Position numbers and translations under genes: made by a program
Notes under the pieces: generated by a model
Told to the model about the DNA's origin: nothing
The model's database searches: none
The model's input: the letters and a program-made list of their open reading frames with translations, nothing else
Origin: an uncultured virus (IMG/VR IMGVR_UViG_3300021373_000885)
Taxonomy: Duplodnaviria > Heunggongvirae > Uroviricota > Caudoviricetes
Length of the DNA: 20,000 bases
IMG/VR virus record: IMGVR_UViG_3300021373_000885
Reading direction: 5' to 3' (one strand)
In this document: piece after piece, positions 8,578 to 15,782 of the stretch
Numbering within the stretch: the first letter of the stretch is position 1
How the letters are laid out: each line of letters starts with the position of its first letter

Positions 8578-10119
8578 CTAATAATATCCGACACTTCTTC
8601 TTTGGAAGTATTTAGTTTCTTCTGGCTCATCTGAAGGTAGCCGTATAAATCCGCCCTGCCTAAACCGCATAAGCGCCATAATTGTAGAATCCACCAAGTC
8701 ATCATTACTCATAAATGGGAATCCCGCTATTTCTTCTATAACTTCTTCTGCCCAGCGCGTCTGTGGTACCCAAACAAGTTCAGATGCGATAATATCAGAT
8801 ACAGAATTTAGTCTTGCTAGTTTATCACCAGATCCACGGTGAGGGGTATACTCTTGTATAACAAGCCCCATTCTCCGCATTTCTTGATACAATGCAACAC
8901 CTGAACTCTTTTTCTCTACAATAAACGCGTCAGGATCCCACATCGTATATTGTTCCATAGCCAATTCTTTTAGCTCAGGAAACTCTAAACGCTCTTTTAT
9001 ACTATTTAATAGTATGATGTTATGTGCATTTGTCTCTTCATTGAAAAATACACCCCAAGTAGTTAGCGCAGTGAAGTCAGCCCTATTATGTTTTTCTGCT
9101 GCAGAATCCAGTGACATAATAATATACTCACACATAGGAGGATTTTCTTTCTCCCATATCTGCCACCACTCTCTTTTTACAATAGCCGCTTCTTCTGCTG
9201 TTGGCTGCTGCTGATACTGTGCATTCCACTGGAACAACGGCATTGACGCTTTTGTACGTTCCAACGCCGCCATATCAAAAAACTCAGGCCACAACGGTTT
9301 CTCTATAAGTTCTCCAGTTTCACTATCTTCTACCTCAAGAACTGCAGGAAACTCCACAACTTCATACTGGTCAGATTTGTCATTCTGACTCATATCCTTA
9401 ACTACACGGCCCGTTAGATCATCCATGTGCCATCTAGTTTGGATAATTGCTACCCTACCACCGGGCATCAAACGTGTACGAGCACCAAATGTGAACCATT
9501 CGTACGCTTTTTCAAACACACTAAAGTTACCATTAATAACATCTTGCTCAGAATGTGGGTCATCTACCAATAATAGGTGTGCACCACGACCAGCTAGTGC
9601 CGATCCTACACCACATGCGTAGTATTCACCGCCCATATTGGTGTTCCAACGCCCTGCAGACTTAGAATCTGTAGCTAATTGTACTGTAGGAAATATGTCT
9701 TTATAGTCCTGTAAACCCAGTAAATTACGCACTTTTCGACCAAAATCTACCGCTAAATCGGTCGTATGCGACACCATCATCACTTTTTTGTCTGGATTTC
9801 GCCCTAAAAACCACGCTGGGAAGAAAATTGACACTAATTGTGACTTTCCGTGCCTAGGAGGGATGTTTACACAGGTACGATCCTTGGTTCCATTCTCTAA
9901 ACCCATCAACATATCCGCCAAAATGCGGTGATGTTTACCTACAATGTAATCTGGCTGCATTCTTTTGCAAAATTCTATCAAATCATCGTACGCATTCTTA
10001 TTTTTTCTACGGGAAGCTAACTCATCGACCATTTTATTGATCTCAGTAACCTCTTCTTCAGTAAAACTATCAAGATTGTCCAACATTTGCTGGATGTCTT
10101 CTTGTGTGAATTCACTCAT
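8578..10119 (-). CDS. terL: Terminase large subunit
   Basis: Walker A PPRHGKS, Walker B LLVDDP, motif IIQTRW, and RNase H-like nuclease acidic residues (LDSA, IVEKK, NDDLVDS). Confidence 0.95.
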   Translation of the reverse strand: MSEFTQEDIQQMLDNLDSFTEEEVTEINKMVDELASRRKNKNAYDDLIEFCKRMQPDYIVGKHHRILADMLMGLENGTKDRTCVNIPPRHGKSQLVSIFFPAWFLGRNPDKKVMMVSHTTDLAVDFGRKVRNLLGLQDYKDIFPTVQLATDSKSAGRWNTNMGGEYYACGVGSALAGRGAHLLLVDDPHSEQDVINGNFSVFEKAYEWFTFGARTRLMPGGRVAIIQTRWHMDDLTGRVVKDMSQNDKSDQYEVVEFPAVLEVEDSETGELIEKPLWPEFFDMAALERTKASMPLFQWNAQYQQQPTAEEAAIVKREWWQIWEKENPPMCEYIIMSLDSAAEKHNRADFTALTTWGVFFNEETNAHNIILLNSIKERLEFPELKELAMEQYTMWDPDAFIVEKKSSGVALYQEMRRMGLVIQEYTPHRGSGDKLARLNSVSDIIASELVWVPQTRWAEEVIEEIAGFPFMSNDDLVDSTIMALMRFRQGGFIRLPSDEPEETKYFQRRSVGYY

Positions 10120-10678
10120 CTACCGTCTCCGCGTCGATTACGACTGCGTCGTCATCAACTTCAGGCGGATTTATGAGCTTTTCTAGCTTTTTTCGTAGGT
10201 TTTTCTTCAAATCATCTGTTGATTGGTGTGTAACTGTAACTTCTGACTTCTCAGCGAACAAACTTACATCAGAAATTTTACCCAATAACTCCAATGCGCG
10301 AAGCCTTATCTTAGCATCAGGGTTTTCTGTCTCTAAAATCAGCTTATTTGTTATCAAATGTCGCACTGAGGTAGCAGATTCGACCACAGAACGGCCAAAT
10401 TCACTCAAAATGTTGTTTGTAAGTACCAAAGATGCCGGTGTTAACTCTGCAACACGCGATTTTGTAGCTTTTTTGGATGTTTTTTCGGGATCTTCTGCGT
10501 ATGACATGCTCAACATGCTCGCTACAGCCTCATCTTCAGCTGTAGGAGTCAAATCTAACCCTTCTTTCTCTAATTCTTTTGCCGTTACGGTAGCAGCACG
10601 CGCACGGACTGTTAAATCCACGGTAGGATCGTCGTCATACACTGGTACGCCATTCTCTGGCTCGAGCTTTATCGTCAT
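10112..10678 (-). CDS. Putative terminase small subunit
   Basis: 188 aa, helical, overlaps the terL start, contains the DAKIRLRALELLGK motif. Confidence 0.65.
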   Translation of the reverse strand: MTIKLEPENGVPVYDDDPTVDLTVRARAATVTAKELEKEGLDLTPTAEDEAVASMLSMSYAEDPEKTSKKATKSRVAELTPASLVLTNNILSEFGRSVVESATSVRHLITNKLILETENPDAKIRLRALELLGKISDVSLFAEKSEVTVTHQSTDDLKKNLRKKLEKLINPPEVDDDAVVIDAETVDE

Positions 10679-10710
10679 ATTTTAGTCGCAGGTTATTAAC
10701 CGTAGGCGTA

Positions 10711-10739
10711 TATATACCAAAAAGTTATAAAGAGCGCAA
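10711..10739 (-). promoter_or_regulatory. Putative sigma70 promoter for the packaging/structural operon (TTGCGC-17-TATATA)
   Basis: Minus strand: -35 at 10739-10734, -10 at 10716-10711, with TGn before the -10. Confidence 0.5.
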
Positions 10740-10847
10740 GTCATTACCAAAAATCATACAAAAAATAAATAATATACATGTGTTGGTATGACCTGCTTTG
10801 GTATATAATGGCGGCATTCCCAAAACACACTACCAACTGGAGATTCT

Positions 10848-10937
10848 ATGTATCCGGATATGTTCCTATTGTCTGCTTGTTTAGTTACTAGCTTAGGGCT
10901 TGTTTGCATTTACTTTGAAGATGATCTTCCCTTTTAA
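10848..10937 (+). CDS. Putative 29-aa membrane peptide MYPDMFLLSACLVTSLGLVCIYFEDDLPF
   Basis: GGAG RBS at 10839-10842 and TATAAT at 10804-10809. Hydrophobic core with an acidic tail. Overlaps the 3' end of the nuclease gene on the opposite strand. Confidence 0.45.
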   Translation: MYPDMFLLSACLVTSLGLVCIYFEDDLPF

Positions 10938-11340
10938 AGGATCTAAGTAGACTCATACCTTCTAACTCTTCTTCCCTTGTAAAATCCGAGGCGGTTAACC
11001 GTAGCTGCGTTTTTCCTTCTAGCTCTGCAACAGGTTTTACAATCATACGTTCTATATCTAATGCCACAAATACATAGAAATCAGCAATGTGAGCAGCACG
11101 TAAGTTAAAAGCATACCCGGAAAAAGCGGGTCGTTTGTTATGTTGATTGAAATGGCAGATGTTTGATGATTTGACTTGCACTGTGAATAACGATTGGTCT
11201 AACGATTGGCACCACAAGTCTATGCCGGATCGGTCTACATGGTGACACTCTATACCGTACTTCTCCAGCTTATATATGGCAAAGAACTCCCCGACACGTC
11301 CAACGTGACTCGTTTCTCCCTCTACCAAAAGCCGCCCCAT
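10888..11340 (-). CDS. PD-(D/E)XK endonuclease (free-standing homing-endonuclease-like)
   Basis: GRVGEFFA...L...G...DRSGIDL...VQVKS...ADFYVFV pattern. Start reassigned to ATG 11340 because the upstream extension crosses AT-rich, apparently noncoding DNA. Confidence 0.75.
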   Translation of the reverse strand: MGRLLVEGETSHVGRVGEFFAIYKLEKYGIECHHVDRSGIDLWCQSLDQSLFTVQVKSSNICHFNQHNKRPAFSGYAFNLRAAHIADFYVFVALDIERMIVKPVAELEGKTQLRLTASDFTREEELEGMSLLRSFKREDHLQSKCKQALS

Positions 11341-11506
11341 ACGTAACCTATTCAGATTTGGATCACTTCTAGAAAGTAACACACAAAAAATTTTTTGCAA
11401 GGCCTTTTTTAAACAAGGTGGGGGGTTTTCAGAAAAATACGATTTATTTGAGTAAATTAGTATATATACATCTGTGGGACTCCTAAACACAAAACGCGGG
11501 GGGTGG

Positions 11507-11526
11507 GGGGTGTAGCGCTACACCCC
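11507..11526. promoter_or_regulatory. 20-bp palindrome, copy 1 (perfect): GGGGTGTAGCGCTACACCCC
   Basis: Perfect inverted repeat 30 bp upstream of the -35 of the first right-arm promoter. Confidence 0.85.
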
Positions 11527-11556
11527 ATAATAGAGGGAACATGTTCCTATAGGATC

Positions 11557-11585
11557 TTGTACAAATGTGTAGGATTGTGTATAAT
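11557..11585 (+). promoter_or_regulatory. sigma70 promoter TTGTAC-17-TATAAT
   Basis: -35 at 11557-11562, -10 at 11580-11585, upstream of the 11662 ORF. Confidence 0.75.
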
Positions 11586-11661
11586 GGTGACTATCAACAG
11601 CGCTGATGCTGTTGTGGCTATAGGGCGAGCCATTACGCCCCATTAAATAGGAAATACTAAA

Positions 11662-12345
11662 ATGAGAAATTATACATATGATCTAGCAGGTAGAGTAAAC
11701 AGCACTATCATTGATTCAATTAATAACCATGCTGATGGAATCAAAGCAGTAGAGCAAGCCACTACTGACTTACAATCCACCGCAATTGCTAACTATCAGC
11801 TATTGCAATCGCAGGGCTTTATACCTACTGATTTACTCAGCCCCGATAAACAGTCTAAAGGTACATGTACTGAAGCTGAGTGGGTTTCTTTGATGTGCGC
11901 TAGAGCTGAGAAAATGTGGGGCAGTAATAGCGTTAAGTTTAAATCAGTGTGGCGATATATGAACGACCGCGACGGTATGACAGGCGCTGAGAAAAAGACT
12001 GCTAAGGAAAGCCACGTTAAATCAGTAAGGCGCTCACTCAAAGTAATATCAAAGGGCTATGCTGACTGGATTGCTGGTGGTAGTAAGTCGGCTGAAGAGG
12101 TACAGTCTGCCCCGCGCCAAGTAACACCTACTGAAGAGTTCATAGCCAAGCGCTTGAAATCAATTAAGAGTCGAGCTGATAAATCGGTTGATGAATTGAA
12201 AGCCAAGTATGACGATTTTGATATAGCAGTATTTAATCAATTACTTGAGCCAGTAGCAATGTATATTGATCGACTGGGCAAAGCCAAGCCCAACAGTAAG
12301 CAGGTTAGTTTTGATTCTAAAGGTAACCGTAGAAAGAAAAAGTAA
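11662..12345 (+). CDS. Hypothetical early protein (monocistronic, basic C-terminus)
   Basis: 227 aa with its own promoter, AGGA RBS and terminator. Confidence 0.85.
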   Translation: MRNYTYDLAGRVNSTIIDSINNHADGIKAVEQATTDLQSTAIANYQLLQSQGFIPTDLLSPDKQSKGTCTEAEWVSLMCARAEKMWGSNSVKFKSVWRYMNDRDGMTGAEKKTAKESHVKSVRRSLKVISKGYADWIAGGSKSAEEVQSAPRQVTPTEEFIAKRLKSIKSRADKSVDELKAKYDDFDIAVFNQLLEPVAMYIDRLGKAKPNSKQVSFDSKGNRRKKK

Positions 12346-12358
12346 CACTGCTACAACG

Positions 12359-12385
12359 GGAGCGCCTACGGGCGCTCCTTTTTTT
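12359..12385 (+). terminator. Rho-independent terminator
   Basis: GGAGCGCC-TACG-GGCGCTCC followed by T7; cUACGg loop. Confidence 0.92.
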
Positions 12386-12401
12386 GGCTTAAAAATTGGG
12401 C

Positions 12402-12486
12402 TATCGAAGCCAGTTCCCAAGCGTGGCGTTGAGTCTATGTACGACTTCAGCGTATCGAAGCCAGTTCCCAAGCGTGGCGTTGAGTC
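12402..12486. repeat. Two exact 34-bp direct repeats separated by 17 bp
   Basis: TATCGAAGCCAGTTCCCAAGCGTGGCGTTGAGTC at 12402-12435 and 12453-12486. Confidence 0.95.
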
Positions 12487-12493
12487 CAAGCAA

Positions 12494-12513
12494 GGGGTGT
12501 AATGTTACCCCCC
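12494..12513. promoter_or_regulatory. 20-bp palindrome, copy 2: GGGGTGTAATGTTACCCCCC
   Basis: Matches the consensus GGGG(T/G)GTA-N4-TAC(A/C)CCCC. Confidence 0.7.
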
Positions 12514-12911
12514 CAACCCGCACCGTTACTGCAATGTAACCTTTTATGGCTCTTTTGTAACCTAATGTTACCTTTTTTTTAGGCTAAAAGTTACAAAATA
12601 GTTTTGTGTGCGATTGTTAGCAGAGGTGAAGGGTATTGATACAACGATTGTGTGCGTTTATGTACTTTCTTACTATCTATCTATCTAAATCTTTATAATG
12701 TTACCTTTTTAAAAAAGTATATATATCCCCCTGTTCGAGGGCTCTCTGGCAGATTTCTTCCCACCATCACAACACACTTCAAAATATCACCTTTCAATTG
12801 TCGCAAAAAAGGTTACATTGTTACATTACGCACCACCAGTGGTCTGTAGCCAAAAAGCAAAAGTTACAAATGGGTTACAATACAAGGTTTTTGTAACACT
12901 CAAAAAGTTAC
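12504..12911. repeat. Cluster of GTTAC/GTAAC iteron-like repeats in AT-rich noncoding DNA (candidate replication origin)
   Basis: 13 GTTAC or GTAAC cores in about 410 bp, often flanked by A/T tracts. 14-bp inverted pair at 12532-12545 and 12807-12820. Confidence 0.6.
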
Positions 12912-12962
12912 ACCTTCACAATACTACACCTAAGTACAAACCCTGACGGAAAAATATACAAC

Positions 12963-12991
12963 TTGACATGAACCCCCATAAGTGGTATAAT
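12963..12991 (+). promoter_or_regulatory. Consensus sigma70 promoter TTGACA-17-TATAAT with extended -10 TG
   Basis: -35 at 12963-12968, TG at 12983-12984, -10 at 12986-12991. Confidence 0.92.
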
Positions 12992-13042
12992 AATACTTGT
13001 TCTGGTGATACTTCCAGAGCATTGGTGACGCTGTTCCCATAG

Positions 13043-13062
13043 GGGGGGTAGCGGTACACCCC
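13043..13062. promoter_or_regulatory. 20-bp palindrome, copy 3: GGGGGGTAGCGGTACACCCC
   Basis: Ends 18 nt before ATG 13081. Confidence 0.8.
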
Positions 13063-13080
13063 TTACTTACGAGGTGATAT

Positions 13081-13278
13081 ATGAAAAAGCTAGACTTCAA
13101 CAACAGTCTTTATTACCTGCTAATGGATCATGCAGGTATTGCAAGTGAGACCGATGGACAGCGACTAGCAGGTTGCAGTGTCGATCAAATGTTCGATGAC
13201 TTGTTACGCGATCAAGATCAGCCAGAGCCATTGGTGTTTACGGATAACTACAGCAAGCGAGGTAATCGTGATGACTAA
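13081..13278 (+). CDS. Hypothetical protein
   Basis: 65 aa, GAGGTG RBS, first gene after the strong promoter. Confidence 0.75.
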   Translation: MKKLDFNNSLYYLLMDHAGIASETDGQRLAGCSVDQMFDDLLRDQDQPEPLVFTDNYSKRGNRDD

Positions 13279-13435
13279 CGTGAAACATGAACGTGCAATG
13301 ATGTGGGTAGATGAGTTACAAAACTACATCGAATCACTTGATAGTATGCCTAAGTTATTGCAGAAGAATCTAGTTACTGAGCTAGACCTAATTGTGGTTG
13401 ACCTTATCCAATTCAAGGAGAGTGATGATGAGTGA
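13271..13435 (+). CDS. Hypothetical protein (54 aa, MTNVKHERAM...)
   Basis: Start reassigned to ATG 13271 (GAGGT RBS, overlaps the upstream stop). Confidence 0.65.
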   Translation: MTNVKHERAMMWVDELQNYIESLDSMPKLLQKNLVTELDLIVVDLIQFKESDDE

Positions 13436-13598
13436 TGTATACAAAGAGTGGCAAGCTGTCATGGACATGTACTGGAAAGAGCGCAAGCGTCTACACAAAG
13501 AGTATGTGTTGGGTAAATTAGATGGTGACTTAGCGTTGCCTGAAATAAATGAGGGGGGTAACACTACACCCCATAACGAGGAGAGTGATGATGAATAA
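13428..13598 (+). CDS. Hypothetical protein (MSDVYKEWQ...)
   Basis: AAGGAG RBS at 13415-13420, coupled to both neighbours. Confidence 0.65.
   Translation: MSDVYKEWQAVMDMYWKERKRLHKEYVLGKLDGDLALPEINEGGNTTPHNEESDDE
13553..13572. promoter_or_regulatory. 20-bp palindrome, copy 4: GGGGGGTAACACTACACCCC
   Basis: Inside the 3' end of the 13428 ORF; ends 18 nt before ATG 13591. Confidence 0.75.
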
Positions 13599-14496
13599 CA
13601 TAGCTAGTATGATTGATACGTCTGATGTACCGAGCCTATCGGCTTCGGGTATGTTGGTTGAGTTTAGTGCGAGTACTTGGGGTAACAACCGACAAGACAA
13701 GGAAGCGTCGAGACAGCTCGCACAGTTGAATGGTGCAGATATGGGTAGCGTATCGGCAAGTAAGAAGCTGATTGACCACCCATCACTGGACAAGATTAAC
13801 AAGGTAACACGTGAGATACGTAGGTGTTTGTACAAGTGGACAGTCAAGTGGTCTGACTTCAACAGCTACTTACCAGCACCGCATTATATCCCTTGTATGG
13901 ATGAGTACACAGAGTTAGCTAAGAGACACAGTGAGTATTGTGAGGAGTTCTTTGAAGCGTACGAGTTCCAGATGGCAGGTGCGCAGGGTAGGCTAGGTGC
14001 TATGTTCAAGTGGTCTGACTATCCTAGTATCGAGGAGATACGTAATCGGTTCGGTCTACGTCTCAACGTGTTCCCTGTACCTGAGAGTGGTGACTATCGA
14101 GTTGACATAGCCAATGAGCAGAAGGAAGCTATCAAGTCCAAGTTCGCAGAGTTCTATGAGAACAAGTTGCGTGAGATAGCTACCGATGTGTACACGCAAG
14201 TAGCTACGTCAGTAGATCATATGGTAGATACGCTGACCCGCTATACACAGAAGAAGCGTGACGGTGAGTTGACCAAGTTGAACAGTAGTCTTATTGACAA
14301 CATGTTACACCTACTGACAACGATGCGTGGGTTCAATGTCACCAATGACCCAGAGATAGAGCGCATACGCATGGACATGGAAGATGCAGTGCGTGGGTTG
14401 ACTATCGACCAGTTGAAAGTGAGTGAAGTAACACGATTGCAGACTATCGACAAGTTCAAAGCAATCAAAGCAACATTACCTACGTTGGACATCTAG
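13591..14496 (+). CDS. DUF3150-like protein
   Basis: MLVEFSASTW...ASKKLI...YPSIEEIRNRF pattern, located upstream of the AAA/VWA pair. GAGGAG RBS at 13578-13583. Confidence 0.65.
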   Translation: MNNIASMIDTSDVPSLSASGMLVEFSASTWGNNRQDKEASRQLAQLNGADMGSVSASKKLIDHPSLDKINKVTREIRRCLYKWTVKWSDFNSYLPAPHYIPCMDEYTELAKRHSEYCEEFFEAYEFQMAGAQGRLGAMFKWSDYPSIEEIRNRFGLRLNVFPVPESGDYRVDIANEQKEAIKSKFAEFYENKLREIATDVYTQVATSVDHMVDTLTRYTQKKRDGELTKLNSSLIDNMLHLLTTMRGFNVTNDPEIERIRMDMEDAVRGLTIDQLKVSEVTRLQTIDKFKAIKATLPTLDI

Positions 14497-14497
14497 T

Positions 14498-14671
14498 ATG
14501 GATAACTTCGTAGAGTGTGAACGGTGGCGTGGTACGCAGTTGTATCATGTCGCTGAACGTAGTGGGAACGTGTCCGTACGTATACTGAGGAACAAGCGTA
14601 CCAAGCACGTACCCGCAAGTCTGAGGGGTGTAGCGTTACACCCCATTAACCAAGTAAACCGAGGAAAGTAA
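14498..14671 (+). CDS. Possible 57-aa hypothetical protein (MDNFVECERWRGTQ...)
   Basis: Fills the gap between the DUF3150-like stop and the AAA start with 1-nt spacing on each side; no clear RBS. Confidence 0.4.
   Translation: MDNFVECERWRGTQLYHVAERSGNVSVRILRNKRTKHVPASLRGVALHPINQVNRGK
14625..14644. promoter_or_regulatory. 20-bp palindrome, copy 5: GGGGTGTAGCGTTACACCCC
   Basis: Ends 28 nt before the AAA ATPase start. Confidence 0.85.
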
Positions 14672-14672
14672 A

Positions 14673-15773
14673 ATGAACAATACAATTTATGATTTATCAA
14701 TGACTGAGTGCTGTGACCTTATCGAGCATGTAGGTGGTAAGCGTACCGTTGAGGTGTGTGGTGCGTTGGGTAGTGGTAAGACACAAGGTATACGTGCAGA
14801 GATGCAACGTAGATTCCCTGACCACATATACATTGAGTTCGATTGTACCAACAAAGATATACAAGATCTGTCTGTGCCTAAGTTTATGAAAGCACTTGAA
14901 GACCATATATCTGACTACGTTGAGTTCGTACCTAACAGTGAGTTGGGTGTGCATCTGGGCAAGCCAATCATACTTAACTTCGATGAGATGGGTAAGGCAT
15001 CACCTACATTGAAGAAAGGTACTAGGCGTGTGTATCACGAGCGAGCAGTCAACGGTATCAAGCTACCCGAAGGTAGCATAGTATATATGACTTCCAATCT
15101 AGGCAGTGAGGGGTTGGGTGATGGTATGCCCGCACACCAACGTAATACAATCATACGTGTACGTATGCGCAAGCCTAATGCAGAGGAGTGGATTGATTGG
15201 GGTATGAACAACGACATTGACCCTGCTGTACTCGGTTGGGTTCGTGAGTTCCCCCAAGTGTTACAGTCCTATGAAGATGTAGCTGACCCTGCTGACAACG
15301 AGTACATACATGACCCGCGTGTACAACGTGATGGTGTGTGTACCGCACGTACGCTACACATGGTGAGTGATCTACTACATGTACGTGACAAGTTATCACC
15401 TACGGCTCTGACTGGTGCGATGATTGGTACTATCGGTATGCGTGGTGCGCTCGACTTACAGGCATTCGTTGCAATGGCTGACCAACTACCCACCCTTGAC
15501 TCTATCAAGAATGATCCTTCCAATGCACGTGTACCTGACAGTGCTAGTGCTGTGTGTCTGGTTGTATACCGTGCATTGTCTATGCTCGAACGTGGTTGGT
15601 TCAGTGCATGGTGTAAGTACCTAGAACGTCTGAGTGCAGAGGCACAAGCGTTGTTCATTATGAATGCCACCAAAGGTACATACAAACATCAATCGTGGGT
15701 TATGACACAACCAGAGTTCGGTAAGTGGTGTATGACACATGGACATCTAGTTCGTCGCACTGATGACGTGTAG
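14673..15773 (+). CDS. MoxR/dynein-related AAA+ ATPase
   Basis: Walker A GALGSGKT, Walker B ILNFDE, sensor MTSN, CTART (usually PRSW-like). Adjacent to a VWA gene. Confidence 0.88.
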   Translation: MNNTIYDLSMTECCDLIEHVGGKRTVEVCGALGSGKTQGIRAEMQRRFPDHIYIEFDCTNKDIQDLSVPKFMKALEDHISDYVEFVPNSELGVHLGKPIILNFDEMGKASPTLKKGTRRVYHERAVNGIKLPEGSIVYMTSNLGSEGLGDGMPAHQRNTIIRVRMRKPNAEEWIDWGMNNDIDPAVLGWVREFPQVLQSYEDVADPADNEYIHDPRVQRDGVCTARTLHMVSDLLHVRDKLSPTALTGAMIGTIGMRGALDLQAFVAMADQLPTLDSIKNDPSNARVPDSASAVCLVVYRALSMLERGWFSAWCKYLERLSAEAQALFIMNATKGTYKHQSWVMTQPEFGKWCMTHGHLVRRTDDV

Positions 15774-15782
15774 GGGGTAATC

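Noticed and set aside
10173..10685. 170-aa plus-strand ORF
   Set aside because: Antisense shadow of the putative terS with no translation signals.
11341..11490. 50-aa N-terminal extension of the nuclease ORF
   Set aside because: Starts at a non-ATG codon and runs through homopolymer-rich, apparently noncoding DNA; the nuclease motifs begin after Met at 11340.
11536..11547. LexA/Cheo box in GGAACATGTTCC
   Set aside because: GAAC and GTTC are separated by 2 nt rather than 4.
12402..12486. CRISPR mini-array
   Set aside because: Only two repeats, a 17-bp spacer that is too short, no clear CRISPR-type repeat ends and no cas genes in the window.
12241..12502. ORFs 12241..12489 (-) and 12266..12502 (+) with repeated peptides
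   Set aside because: They cross a terminator and the 51-bp-period repeat and have no RBS; by-products of the repeat.
12652..12849. 65-aa ORF in the iteron-like region
   Set aside because: No RBS, non-ATG start, and it lies in repeat- and homopolymer-rich DNA.
12494..12911. NtcA sites (GTA-N8-TAC)
   Set aside because: The GTA...TAC pairs I checked are spaced N4 or N9, not N8, and nothing else indicates a cyanobacterial host.
13043..13062. 20-bp palindromes as intrinsic terminators
   Set aside because: No U-tract follows them, several have stem mismatches, and they sit just upstream of RBSs or inside genes.
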